DNA of 64,000 bases from Narcine bancroftii (taxonomy: Eukaryota). The stretch covers positions 349,990,001 to 350,054,000 of the forward strand of contig NC_091469.1 of the NCBI RefSeq assembly GCF_036971445.1, in the 5' to 3' direction. Positions 49,600 through 62,894 of the stretch are shown here, in pieces. The notes beneath the pieces are model-generated. The model did not search any database. It saw only the letters and a list, made by a program, of their open reading frames with translations, and had not been told where the DNA came from. Position 1 is the stretch's first letter, and each line of letters begins with the position of its first letter. A program made the translations under genes and the position numbers.

Positions 49600-50640
49600 T
49601 TAAGAAAGAAGCTCTCCAATGAGAGAAAAGAAGGGAAAGGGCTGGAGTGCTGGAGGAAAGGAGTGGGAGGGATGAGGGTAAGGGTAAGATCGGGGGGGTG
49701 GAGGGGTTAATGGATATTGGAGAAGTTGATATTGATTTTCTCTGTTTGGAGACTTCTGAGACAGAATACAAGGTGTGGCCTCACCTGGCATGACTGTGGA
49801 TAGACATGTCAGTATGGCAACGGCATGTGAAACTGAAGTGCTGGCCGCTGGGAAGTTCTCTGAAGCAGGCATAGTGGAGATGCTCAACAAATTGATCTCT
49901 GGTCTGTGTCCCGATGTAGAGGGGGCTTTATTGGGAGCATACATTGATCTGACTGATTCACCAGTGAATGTTACACCACTTAAAAGAACAGTTTAGGGCT
50001 TCAAGTAGTGGAGAGGTGGAGGTGTAGGTGCAGGTATAGCACTTACTGTGGTCACATGGATAGGTACCAAAGGACAATTAGTGATAAGTGATGAGTGGGC
50101 AAGGGAGTTGGGGAGAGAGGTATCTGCAGAGAGTGGAGAGGGGAGGAAAGGTGAAGTTTTTTCTGGTGTTAGAATCATGTTTTAGGTGGTGAAAATTGTG
50201 GAAAATCTGTCAGATGTGTAGGCTCATGGGGTGATAGGTGAGGACAAGGGGAAAACATGTATATGTGTTTAGGGAGGGGGGAGTTAAGTGCCAAAGCAGA
50301 GGTGCAGAAAATAGAGAAGGTGCTGTTGAGGGCTGAGTAAATGGTAGTGGAGGGGAAGTCACATTTCCTGAAGATGGAGGACATATTGAATGTTCTGGAA
50401 TCGAAGACCTCATCCTGTGAATAGATGAAGCAGAGATGTTGGTATTGAGAAAAGGGAATAGAATTTTTACAGGAAACAAGGTGGGAAGAGGTGTAATCAA
50501 GGTAACCCTGGGAGTTAGTAGTTTTCAAAAAGATTTTCAGATAATTTATCTCCTGAACTGGGACAGATGAAGGGGAGAGAGTTACTGGAGATGGTCCAAG
50601 TGGATTTTATGGCAGGGTGAAAGTTCGTGATAAAGTTGTA
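49600..50640 (-). mobile_element. Penelope RT C-terminus plus GIY-YIG endonuclease, decayed
   Basis: NFHPAIKSTW; YLDYTSSH..CKNSIPFSQ; LYIG..FVEHL..HTDMSIH. Confidence 0.88.
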
Positions 50641-50811
50641 CATGGGTACAGGAGGCACGTTGACTAGCAATTCTAGCACAGTTGGTCATGATGAATATAT
50701 GCATATATGCTCATATTTACCACAATTTTCAAACCTCAAGACATTAAAGTCCCTGGAGTTAATTTTGGAGGCAGAAAATAATCAGGTGATCCTGAACTTC
50801 AGCAAGATATA

Positions 50812-51418
50812 TCAGAATCAGAATCTATTGTCCTGAACAAGTCGTGAAATTTGTTGTTTTGCAGCAGCGCCACGGTGTAAACATTCATACACAGGTGCTC
50901 CCTTACTTACGATGATCGGACTTACGATTATTTGAAGTTACGATGGTTCGAATTGGTACTTTCAATATCAAATTCCAATCTATTCCCGCGCTTGCGATAT
51001 GTGGTACGCTACTATCTCGTGATGCTGGGCTGTCAGTTTAGCATCACCACCAATCCTCACCTCCCAGCAATTAATTTTAGTTCAATACTTCAAACATTCT
51101 TCATGCTCAGTGTGTTTCCAGCTGTGTATGTTAATGTTTTTTTTCAGTGTGGAATGAAGGTTGGTGCGGAATTTTTTATGACTTACAATATTTTTGACTT
51201 ACGATAGGTTTGCCGGAATGTAACCCCATCATAAGTTGAGCAGCACCTGTAAACCGCTTGACAATGGTAAATTTTTTAAAAGTCCATGAAAAATAAGGCA
51301 GTGTCTTTGGTTCATTGATTATTCAGTAATCTGTTGGCAGCGGGGCAGAAGCTGTCCTTGTGCTGCTGTGTGTTCTTCTTTAGGCTCCGGTACCTTTTTC
51401 CCGATGGTAGCCGAGTGG
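50812..51418 (-). mobile_element. Rex1 3' fragment split by a MITE
   Basis: Same 3' sequence as 37865 (gtgaaatttgttgttttgc; gaagctgtccttgtgc). Confidence 0.7.
50892..51249. mobile_element. Tigger/pogo MITE (MER47-like termini)
   Basis: TIR CAGGTGCTCCCTTACTTACGATG / CATCATAAGTTGAGCAGCACCTG; TA on the right flank, CA on the left. Confidence 0.8.
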
Positions 51419-52220
51419 AATATATATTTCTAGGCAGTGTACTTGGACTGATTCTTATTATTACAACCTACTTTATTTTCTTTGCCACTGAGAGCAATTG
51501 TCTGGATTTTTTCCACAATGGTTTTATTTTTGCAGTTCATTCAAAAGATAATCAATGATCCTCTACAGGCAAATTGACACCACATTTACAAGGGTTTGTA
51601 TATCGTGGGGCAACTGATTAATCAAAAATGACACCCAAATGTTTACTTCTAGATTTGAATTGACATGGTGAGTGCTTATAACAACTGCCATTTCATTCAT
51701 TGCAATTGGTCTCTGCTTACGTTCTATGAGATCATTTTGTAGAGTTTTACAAATACTGAACAAAATGCAGATTTCAAGTACATTGACTGAAGGGGTTAAA
51801 GTATTGTGGATTGGAATTTTCTCTCACCTGCTTCTCTTTAGAGAGAACAAAGTATAATTCAGAATCTTAAGATTTGTGACCATGACATTTCTCTATTTGG
51901 TTTCATATCAATTTATTGATTGATCTGCAATGTATCATTGCAGATATAAGTAATTTAAATCATTATTTATTGAAGTAAAGTGATGATAAAAAATGGATAA
52001 TAAATAATATTCTTTCACATAATTTTAATTTGGCTTCTGAAGTTGGTGACACTAACTCTGTTTTTTACCTGAACAACACAACTTCTAATTTTGTTATTTT
52101 TATTACTGATTTACAGAAACGTTACTGACATTTAGTGTCCTCCCCAAATTTTGCAAGCTGAATTGCATGTAGTGTCCTTTCAATGAAGAATCACTGCAGT
52201 GGTGAGTCTGAAGTCACGTA

Positions 52221-52861
52221 GTGAAAAACAGATATTCCGCTTTGGATGTTGTTGGGGGAGATGGTTCATCAGGATATGGCAGCAGTAGCCAGGGTCAGGG
52301 CAGTGTGAGTGGCTCTTCTGTGCAAGAGGGCCAGAAAAAGAGTGGTAGGACAATAGTTGTAGGGGAATCAATTGTAAGGGGAATAGACAGGAGCTTCTGT
52401 GGCCGTAAACGGGACTCCCGGTTGGTGTGTTGCCTCCCGGGTGCAAGGGTCAAGGATATCACAGAGCGGCTACAGGGCATTCTGGATGAGGAAGGTGAAC
52501 AGCCAACTGTCGTGGTCCATGTTGGTAGGAAACAACATAGGAAAAAAGCGGGATGAGGTCCTACAAGCAGAATTCAGGGAGCTTGGAAGGAAGTTAAGGA
52601 GTAGGTCCTCTAGGGTAATAATCTCTGGATTATTGCCAGTGCCACGAGCCAGTCAGAGTAGGAATTGCAGGATAGATAGAATGAATATGTATGTGGCTTG
52701 AACAGTGGTGTAGGAGGGAAGAGTTCAGATTCTTGGGGCATTGGAATCGGTTCTAGGGCAGATGGGATCAGTTCAAACAGGACAGTCTCCATCTGCACAG
52801 GGCCGGGATCAATGCCCTCAGGAGAGTGTTCGGTTGTGCTGTTGAGGAAGGTTTAAGCTAA
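52221..52861 (+). pseudogene. CR1 ORF1, SGNH/GDSL esterase-like, frameshifted
   Basis: IVVGESIVRG; CCLPGARVKD; VVVHVG; ISGLLPVPRA; DSLHL. Confidence 0.9.
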
Positions 52862-53009
52862 TGTGGCAGGGAGATGGGATCAGGAATAGAGAGACAGAGG
52901 GGTTTAGCATGAGGGAAGAAGTCAGAGATGGGAGGGTGAAAAGCAAAAATGGAAAAGGGCCACTTTACAGCATAATGGTGATAGGGTTAAGGCTCTGGTA
53001 AAAACAAGC

Positions 53010-55737
53010 TTGAAGGCCTTGTGTCTTAATGCAAGGAGAATTCGTAATAAGGTGGATGATTTGAATATGCAGATAGCTGTAAATGACTATGATATAGTTG
53101 GGATCACAGAGACATGGCTTCAAGGGGACCAAGGTTGGGAGCTTAACATTCATGGATCTTCAATATTCAGGAGGGATAGACAGAAAGGAAAAGGATTTGG
53201 TATAGCATTGTTGGTTCAAGAGGAGATAAAAGCAATAGAAAGGAAGGATGTTAGCTTGAATGATGTGGAATCAATATGGATTGAGCTGCAAAATGCAAGG
53301 GGGCAGAAGATGTTAGTGGGAGTTGTATATAGACCATCTAACAGTAGTAGAGAGGTTAGGGATGGTATTATACAGGAAATTGGAAATGCGTGCAACAAAG
53401 GCAAGGCAGTTATAATGGGTGACTTTAATCTCCATATAGACTGGATGAATCAAATTGGTAAGGGTACTGATGAGGATGATTTCTTAGAAGGTATACGGGA
53501 CAATTTTCTAACCCAGTATGTTGAAGAACCAATGAGGAAACAGGCCATTCTAGACTGGGTTCTGAGTAATGAGGAAGGATTAGTTAACAATCTTGTTGTG
53601 CGAAGCCCTTTGGTCAAGAGTGACCACAATATGGTGGAATTTTACATTAGGATGGAAAGTGACAGGGTTAATTCTGTATCTCAGGTTCTGAACTTAAAGA
53701 AGGGTGACTTTGAGGGTATGAGACGCGAATTGATTAAGTTAGATTGGCAAGTGTTACTTAAAGGATTAACTGTAGAAAGGCAATGGCAAGCATTTAAGGA
53801 TCACCTGGATAAAATACAGCGTTTGTTCATCCTGGTTTGGAAAAAGAATAACTCAAGGAGGGTAGTACATCCTTGGATAACAAGGGAAATCAGGGAGTGT
53901 TATCAAGTGTAAAGAGGAAGCATATAGACTAGCCAGGAAAGACAGATACCAGAGGATTGGGAGAAATTCAGAGTTCTACAGAGGAAGACAAAGGGATTAA
54001 TCAGGAAATGCAAAAGAGATTATGAGAGAAAATTGGCAGGGAAAATAAAAAATGACTGCAAAAGTTTTTATAGATATGTAAAGAGAAAGAGACTAGTAAA
54101 GACAAATGTGGGTCCCTTGCAGTCAGAAACAGTTGAATTGGTAATGGGGAACAAGGACATGGCAGACCAATTAAATAACTACTTTAGTTAGATCTTCACT
54201 AGGGAAAATATGAATAATCTTCAGGAAATAATAGGGGACCATGGGGCTAATGTGGCGGAAGGACTGGGAAAGATAAGTGTAAGTTATGAGGTTGTGTTGG
54301 ATAAGTGGAAGGGATTAAAGGCAGACAAGTCCCCAGGGCCAGATGGTCTGCATCCCAGAGTGTTAAAGGATGTAGCCCATGAAATAGTGAATGCATTGTT
54401 GATAATTTTTCAAAACTCTTTAGATTCTGGAGTAGTTCCTGAGGACTGGAGGGTGGCTAATGTAACTCCACTTTTTAAAAAGGGAGGGAAAGAGAAATCA
54501 GGGAATTATAGACCAGTTAGCTTGACATCGGTAGTGGGGAAAATGTTAGAGTCAGTTATTAAAGATGTGATTGCGGCACATCTGGAAAGTGGTGAATTCA
54601 TTGGTCAGACCCAGCATGGTTTTATGAAGGGAAAATCGTGTCTGACTAATCTTATTGAATTTTTTGAGGATGTAACTAGTAGAGTGGATAGGGGAGAACC
54701 AGTAGATGTGGTTTACCTGGATTTTCAGAAGACTTTTGATAAGGTCCCACACAGGAGATTACTATACAAACTTAAGGTACATGGTATAGGGGATATGGTA
54801 TTGAGGTGGATAGGGAATTGGTTGACAGATAGGAAGCAAAGAGTAGGAATAAACAGGTACTTTTCGGAATGGCAGTCAGTTACTAGTGGGGTATCACAAG
54901 GCTCAGTGCTGGGACCCCAGTTATTTACGATATATATTAATGATTTAGATGAGGAAATAGAAAACAGCACTTCCAAGTTTGCAGACGACATGAAGCTGGG
55001 TGGGATTATAAGCTGTGTAGAGGCTGTTAAGAGTGTGCAGGGTGACTTGGACAGGTTGAGTGAGTGGGCAAATGGATGGCAGATGCAATATAATGTGAAT
55101 AAGTGTGTGGTTATCCACTTTGGAGGAAAGAATGGAAGGGCTGAGTACTATCTTAATGGTATCCAATTAGGAAAAGAGGAGATGCAAAGAGATCTGGATG
55201 TCACTGTGCATCAGTCATAAAAAGTGGGCAGGCAGGTGCAGCAAGCAGTAAAAAAGGCGAATGGTATGTTGGCGTTCATATCAAGAGGATTCAAGTTCAG
55301 GAGCAGAGAGGTATTGATGTAGCTGTATAGGGCCTTGGTGAGACCTCACCTGGAATATTGTGTTCAGTTTTGGTCTCCTTATCTGAGGAAGGACATCATT
55401 GCCATGGAGAGAGTGCAGAAAACGTTTACGAGATTGATACCAGGGATGGCAGGACTTGCATATGAAGAAAGGCTAGAACGACTGGGCTTGTACTCACTGG
55501 AGTTTTAATAGAAACATTCAAAATTCTTAAGGGATTTGACAGGCTAGATGCAGGAAGATTGTTCCCAATGTTGAGCAAGTCTAGAACCAGGGGTCACAGT
55601 TTAAGGATAAAGGGGAAGTCCTTTAGGACTGAGAAGAAGAAGAATTTTTTGACTCAGAGGGTGGTGAATTTATGGAATTCTCTGCCACAGGAAGTGGTTG
55701 AGTCCAGTTCCATAGCTATATTTAAGAGCAAGTTAGA
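53010..55737 (+). pseudogene. CR1 ORF2 endonuclease/reverse transcriptase with stops and frameshifts
   Basis: GITETW, MGDFN, SDH; KSPGPDG, NYRPVSLTS, QGSVLGP, FADD. Confidence 0.96.
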
Positions 55738-56076
55738 GGTACAAGGACTGCCTAAAGAAATCTCTTGGTGCCTGTCACATTGACCACCGCCAGTGGGGTG
55801 ATATCGCCTCAAACCGTGCATCTTAGCGCCTCACAGTTCGGCGGGCAGCAACCTCCTTTGAAGAAGACTGCAGAGCCCACCTCACTGACAAAAGACAAAG
55901 GAGGAAAAACCCAACACCCAACCCCAACCCACCAATTTTCCCTTGCAACCGCTGCAACCGTGTCTGCCTGTCCCGCATCGGACTTGTCAGCCACAAATGA
56001 GCCTGCAGCTGACGTGGACATTACCCCTCCATAAATCTTCGTCCGCAAAGCCAAGCCAAAGAAAGAAAAAGAAAGA
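55738..56076 (+). mobile_element. RTE-clade LINE 3' end inserted in CR1
   Basis: RYKDCLKKSLGACHIDHRQW...FPCNRCNRVCLSRIGLVSH; GAAA tail; CR1 resumes at 56077. Confidence 0.9.
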
Positions 56077-57039
56077 TTTAGTACTTGTGACTAGGGGGAA
56101 TCAGGGGGTATGGAGAGAGAGCTGGAATAGGGTACTGAGTGGATGATCAGCCATGATCAAAATGAATGGTGGTGTAGGCTTGAAGGGCCAAATGACCTAC
56201 TCCTACATCTATTTTCTATGTTTCTATGTAACATTAACTATTATGCCACCTTACACCTCACAGGTATTTTGCTGTAATGTCTTTCTTCACTCTGCCTTTG
56301 CTTCAGAGATAATTGTTATTTGCTGGAGGAAAGAAAGATCTTTGGGAGATAAATGTTATTTTCAGATTTAGTTAACGGTAATGGTATAATTCAGTAAATG
56401 CAGTGTAGAATCACGATCATCACTTGTTCAGGGCTATGATAATTATTTTCCAGCTGGTTTTAGTAAATGGAACAAAAGAGTGAAACAAAAATACAGTAAA
56501 TAAGGAGTGGTATAAATAAATGTGTATGTTCAGCAAATCAAGAATTTTTTCTTTTCCTTCTACTATACAAGTTCCTAAACCAGGTGGGGCACTGATTTAA
56601 TGATACAAGTTCCAAGAAAAACCTGACCAAAAAAGTAAAAAATTGAATCAATATTTGCTGTCTGATAATATCAGTATTACATCCCTGCACATCTGATCAG
56701 TGTGAAAAGTCTGGCAACTTTTGAATCATCGTTGATTTTAATATATGCTCTGTGAGTATTTCATCACTGGCATCTCAGTCCTTTGTGATGTAGGTATTGG
56801 TGATGAAGGAATGTTTTGTTTCTTCCAAGCCCATGTTTTTTATTACTAAAACTCTGGAGGAGATGTTAGGAATAGAGGATATGATTTAAATTATACAAAG
56901 TCAGCAAAGATTGAAAAAGAAAATAAATTTACATAACACAATCTACTTTCAGGTTACTTTATTGCACCGAATGAAAGGGTCTGAAAGTATTTGTTGTGAT
57001 GTCAGAAACATGGCAGTCGATACCTATGAACAAAATATA

Positions 57040-57790
57040 TTAGTAACCTGATGAAAGGCATGTTCAGTGGTGCAAGATCAACAACCCAAGTTTCAATGCG
57101 GACAAAGGAGTTGATTGTGGACTTCAGGAGGATGAAGGGCCACTCCCCTCTACATATCAATGCCAGATCCTTGGCATCAATATAAAGGACAACATATCCT
57201 GGACCCACAATACCTCCTCGATAGTCAGTAAGGGGCAGCTGCATCTAAACTTCCTAAGGAGATTGAAGAAGGCAAGGCGACCATTCCCTATCCCAACAAA
57301 TTTATACAGGAACTCAATTTAGAGTGCTCTAGCTGGCTGCATCATAATGTGGTATGGCAGCTGCAAAGCATCAGATCAGAGGTCAATAAGGAGTGTGATT
57401 AAAACTGCTGAGAATATCACCGAGATCTCCCCTCTATCGATGCTATCTACAGGGAGAGGTGCCTAAGGAGGGCTCAGAGAATCATTACCATCCAGTCTGC
57501 AGTACCTTTGAGACTCTGCCTTCAAGGAAGAGGGACAGGATTATAAAAATCAGGACCGACAGGTTGGGAAACAATTTCATCCCACAGGCGGTGAGACTGT
57601 TGAACAACCAGTAAACCCGTAAATTATATTCATACATATTTATTTTGGATTGCTATGTATGTACGTCATTTTTGTATAGAGTCACCTGTGTGTCTGGGTA
57701 TGTGTGCACTATTTACCAGATATATGCTGTTTCTTCAGGTTATATTTGTATATATTCAATCAGATGACAATAAACTTGACCTTGAACTAC
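57040..57790 (+). mobile_element. Rex1/Babar 3' fragment
   Basis: KELIVDFRR; AGCIIMWYG; tail GACAATAAACTTGACCTTGAAC. Confidence 0.85.
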
Positions 57791-57959
57791 ATTTTACTGA
57801 TGCTAGTTAAAAGGGATTCGACATGTCAAGCAAATGACAAAACCCCAGGCAGATAGTGAACGTCACCCTTTACTGAGAGCGCTTGGCACTTACTGGTGTG
57901 GTGATCAAGTAAAGCACCATAATTTTTGCAGCAGAGGTTCCCTCTTTGTTTCACCGCAA

Positions 57960-60900
57960 TACATAATAACAGGTGCAGGACCACATGTCGACTTTGTGGG
58001 TCAGTGATAATGACACCTGCCCCCTGACAGGCTAAATACCTTCTTCACATGGCTCGATGCAGTAAACAACATGATGCCAAAGAAAGTCACATGAAGACAA
58101 TCCTATTCAGGGTGAGTCCACCCAAAACAGCAGGACAAGATAACATACGAGAGAGATTGTGTGGACAAGATGACTGACATCCTATTGGATGTCTTCAATA
58201 TCTCACTCCAGCATTTCATGCCCCAGCAGAATTCAAGGCAGCCACCGTCATACCATAACCCAAGAGAGCGATGGTAGCCAGATGAAGTGACTACTGTCTA
58301 GTGGCACTGATCTTCAGGATCACGAAGCTCCAACCCTCCATTTTGTCCTGACTCACCTAGAGGATGATGCCTCATATGCCAGGCTGTTATTCATTGACTT
58401 CAACTTGACATTCAAGACATCATATCTCAGAGGCTGGTTGGATAATGTGACCTGGTTAGGACTCAGTAACCCTATCTGCAACTGGATCCTCGACTTCTTG
58501 ATGGGAATTAAAGGCATTTAATTCAGAGATCCAGATCAATACAGAAGGTATGACCTGCAAAAAGCTATCTTCCAGGTGAAATGGAGATTCTGGATGAAAA
58601 TGGAAACAAAGGACACCCAACAGATAAATGCCATAACCTGCTACAAAACCAAATCTGGTGAAGTAGCAGATGGCAAATCTTCACTCCCAGAGGAACTCAA
58701 TGCCTTCTACACCCGATTTGACAACAGTAACATTGGAGAACCACCCTTCCGCACTCCAATGTCCCCTAATAATCCCATCCTTTCTGTGTCTGAGGATGGC
58801 ATGCATGCTGTCTTCAGGAAAGTGAATCCAAGGAGAGCATCAGGCCCGGATGGAGTACCTAGCCAAGTATTAAAAATCTGTGCTGACCACTGTACCAATG
58901 AATTCACTGATACTTTCAATATCTCTCTCCAGCAGGGCATGGCAGCCACCCATCTCAAACAGGCATCAATCACACCAGTGTCCAAGAAGAGTGTAATATC
59001 CTGCCTTAATGGCTATCAACCAGTGGTACTTACATCAATAGTGATGAGGTGTTTTAAAAGGATGGTGTTGAAGGATGTCAGCTCCTGTGTGAGTGGTGAC
59101 ATGGATACATTCCAGTTCACCTATCCGGCCTATGGTGGATGCCATCTCATTGGCTCTACACAAAGCCCTGGAAAACCTGGATAGTAGAGATGCATTCATC
59201 AGGATGTTCTTTATCGACTACAGTTTGGCATTTATCATCATCATCCCCTCAAAACTGATCAGAAAACTCCAAGACCTGGGACTCAACACATCACTGTGTA
59301 ATGGGATCCTGGATTTCCTTACCTCCAGACTACAATCAGTGAGGATTGTTAAGGAGATCTTCTCCACAATCTCCATCAGTACAGGAGCACCACAGGGCTG
59401 TGCTCTTAGCCCCTTGCACTATTCAGTTTACATCTACGATTGTGTGGCTCAATACATCAATAACACCATCCATAAATTTACCAATGATATCATGGTAGTG
59501 GGTTGTATAAAGAAAGGGGATGAGTCAGCACACAGGGGAGAGATTGAACACTTGGCTGAATGGTGCACCAACAATAACTTGCACTCAATGTCACCAAAAC
59601 TAAGGAGCTGATTGTTGACTTCAGGAAGGGAAAACCAGAGGTATATGATCCAATGATCACTGTGGATCAGAGGTGGACAGGGTAAACAAATTGGGAGTCA
59701 ACATCTCAGAGGATATTTCCTGGACCCAACACACCAATGGCATCATCAGCACCTCCACTTTCTCAGGAGTTTGCAGAGGTTTAGTATGATATCAGAAACA
59801 CTGGCAAATTTTGACAGATGTGTGGTGGAAAGTGTGCTGACTGACTGCATCATGGTCTGGTAAGGGAACACAAATACCCCTGAATATAAAGGTCTCCAAA
59901 AGGTAGTGGACAAAGCCCAGGACATCACAGACAAAACCCTCCCCACTGTCGAGAATATCTACAGGGAACGTTGCCGTCGGAGGGCAGCAGCAATCATCAA
60001 GGATCCACATCACCTAGCGCACACTCTCTTCTCACTGCTGCCATCAGGCAAGAGGTATAGGTGCCACAAGACTCACAGCACCAGGTTCAGGAACAGCTGC
60101 GACCCCTCCACCATCAGACTCCTCAACAATACTCAGTCAGGGACTCATTTAAGGAGTCTTATTTGTGTACTTTATTGATTTAAAAAAAAATTCTCTCTGT
60201 ATTGCACAGTCAGCTTATTTACATTCATTATCTGTTGACAGTTTTCTTTGTTTGTTTACATGTATACGCTATGTACTTTTTTTTGTACTACCAGTAAGTG
60301 GTAATTCTGCATTGCCCACAGCAAAAAGAATCTCAGGGTTGTATGTGATGTCATATATGTACTTTGACAATAAATCTCAAATCTCAAATCTGAAATCAGA
60401 AAGACAACAGTCTGTCCAGGTTGGCAACAGAACCTCAAGTCCCATCACACTGATCACTGGTGCACCTCAGGACTGTGCGCTCAACCCACTACAGTTCACA
60501 CTACGAACTCATGAGTGAACTGCCAAGTTCAGCTCCAGTAGAATCATCATGTTTGCAAATGACACAATAGTAGTTGGCCTCATCGGCCACACAGTGATGA
60601 GTCACTTACAGAGAGGAGGTTGAAAGGCTGCGACAGTGGTGCAAGTGCAACAGCCTGAGTCTTAACGTCGACAGGAAAAAGGAAATGATTATGGACTTTA
60701 GGAGAATGAAGGAACACTCCCCATTGTATATCAAGGCTCCATCATGAAAAGGGTGGGGAGCACAAAGTTCTTTGGTGTCCATTTAAAAGACGACCTATCC
60801 TGGACACACAACACCTCCTCATAGTCAGGAAGGCGAATTGATGCCTATACTTCCTACGGTGTTTGCAGAAAGCAAGGCTACTGGTCATTATGCTACCACT

Positions 60901-61010
60901 GTTTCACAGGAACACAAGAGGGAGTGCCCTAGCGGGCTGCATTATAGTGTGGGATGGTAGCAGAGGTCATTACAGAAGGCAATTAAATCTGCTGAGAAGA
61001 TCACGTATTG
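57960..61010 (+). mobile_element. Older Rex1/Babar element split by a younger Rex1
   Basis: CNWILDFLM at ~58500 continues as ERQQSVQVGNRTSSPITLITGAPQ at ~60400. Confidence 0.8.
58505..60398 (+). mobile_element. Rex1/Babar LINE with a largely complete but disrupted RT
   Basis: LPEELNAFYTRF; RASGPDGV; [10 protein letters not shown]; IKDPHHLAH; tail GACAATAAATCTCAAATCTCAAATCTGAAATC. Confidence 0.93.
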
Positions 61011-61014
61011 GCAA

Positions 61015-62860
61015 CCACCACCAAGGCATTCCATGCACACTCAACTCTCTGTGTCAAAAAACTCACCCTTGATGTTTCCCCTAAACTTTCTTCCCTTCAC
61101 TTTGTACACATGTCATCTGGTGTTTGCTATTCCACCCCTGGGGGAACTGGCACTTGTCTTTCAGAATCTTGTAGACCTTTATTGTCTTCCCTCATCCTTC
61201 TTTGCTTCAAAGAGAAAAAAATTCACAGCTCTGCTAACCTTGCCTCATAAGACTTTATTTTGAATCCAGGAAACATCCTGGTAAATCTCCTCTGCACTCT
61301 CTCCATAGCTTCCACATCTTTCCCATATTGAGTTGACCAGAATTGGACACAATTCTCTCAGTGTGGTTTCACCAGAGATTTGTAGAGTTGCAGCATGACA
61401 TCTCGACTCTTCAACTCAATCCCCCCCCATTAATGAAGCCCAGCATCCCATAAGTTTTCTTAGTAATCCTATCAGCCTGTGCTGCTACCTGCTCAATAAT
61501 TCTATCCTTAAGTATCCTCTCTAATAGTTTGCACACCACTAGTAGAAGACTCAACAGTCGATAATTCATAGGATTCTCTCTAATACCTTTTAAAACAAGG
61601 GTACCACATTTGCAATTCTCCAATCCTCCAGAATCTCCCCTGTGGCCAAGGAGGACTTGAAGATCATAGCCAATTTCACAGCTATCTTTTCCTCCCCCTT
61701 CCCACAGCAACCTGGGGTATATTGCGGCCAGCCCTGGGGACTTATCAATCTTAATGTTCTTAAGAAGAACCAAAACTCCCTCTTCCTTAATCTCAACATT
61801 GTCCACCACACAAGCCTGTTCTATTCTGACCTCACCCTGATCAAGGTCCTTTTCTCTGGTGAATTCTGAAGCAAAGTATTAATTTAGGACCTTTCTAACC
61901 TCCTCACCTACAGGCAAATGTTGCCTCCTTTTTCCTGAAGCAACTTCACCTTCATTCTTGTAATACTTCTGTTCTTCATGTTTGCATAGAATGCCTTGGG
62001 GTTTTCCTTAATCTTACATGCCAAGACCTTCTCATTCCCCCTTCACACTCTCCTCAGTCCTTTCATCAGTTCCTTCCAGACTACCACATAATTGTCATGA
62101 GCCCTTCCTATTTCCTGCTTCCTAAATTTAATGTATGCCTCCTTCTTCCTCTTAACTAGCTGCCTCACCTGTTTTATCAATCATGGTTCCCTTTCCCTGA
62201 TATATTTTTTGTGTTTCAGTGGGACAAACCTATCCTAAACCCAATGCAGGTGGTCCCTAAACATTCTCCACATTACTTCTGTGCTTTCTCCTGTGATCAT
62301 CTGTTTCCAGTTTACTCTCCCTAGTTCCTGCCTCATCCCATTGTAATTAGCCTTTCCCCAATTAAACACCATTTTGTTTGCTTTTATCCTTGTCCATTGC
62401 TATGCTAAGCCTCAGGGAGTTATGTTTCCTTCCTATTTTTGACTTCCACACAAAATGTTCCCTCATGAGAGGTCTGCCACCTGACCAGGTTCATTGCCCA
62501 GTACTAGATCCAGTATGGCCCCTCCTCTTGTCGGCTATTCCGCATACTGTGTCAGGAATCTTTCTTGGACACACCTGACAAACTCTGCCCTATCTATCCT
62601 TCTTGCAGATAGGGTGTGCCAGTCAATATTAGGGAAGTTTATATCTTCCATGACAACAACCCTGTCATTCCAAAATCTGTCAACTTCTCTGTTCCTTATT
62701 GTCCCAAGGGCTTTTACCTGATCAGCAAATCCTGACCTTTAGCAAGCCAAGACTCAGCATTGTAATTCCACATAATGATCCGGGTTCATCTCCTTGATTC
62801 CTAATACTCCATGCATTGAAATAGACACATTTCAAACCCTCTAAATGACTATGTTGTGCT
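61015..62860 (-). mobile_element. Internally deleted CR1 (endonuclease to 3' region)
   Basis: LKCVYFNAWSIRN; IKIDKSPG; EDWRIANVVPLF; NYRLLSL fused to ITKKTYGMLGFI. Confidence 0.88.
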
Positions 62861-62894
62861 TCCTCCAGGCAGTAGTGAGGAATGATATAAGATC

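Larger units (their letters stand above)
52218..56229 (+). mobile_element. Near-full-length CR1 LINE
   Basis: ORF1 esterase, then ORF2 APE and RT, then tail (TTTCTATG)n. Confidence 0.97.

Noticed and set aside
52221-52861. Host esterase gene
   Set aside because: It is CR1 ORF1, directly upstream of ORF2 and frameshifted
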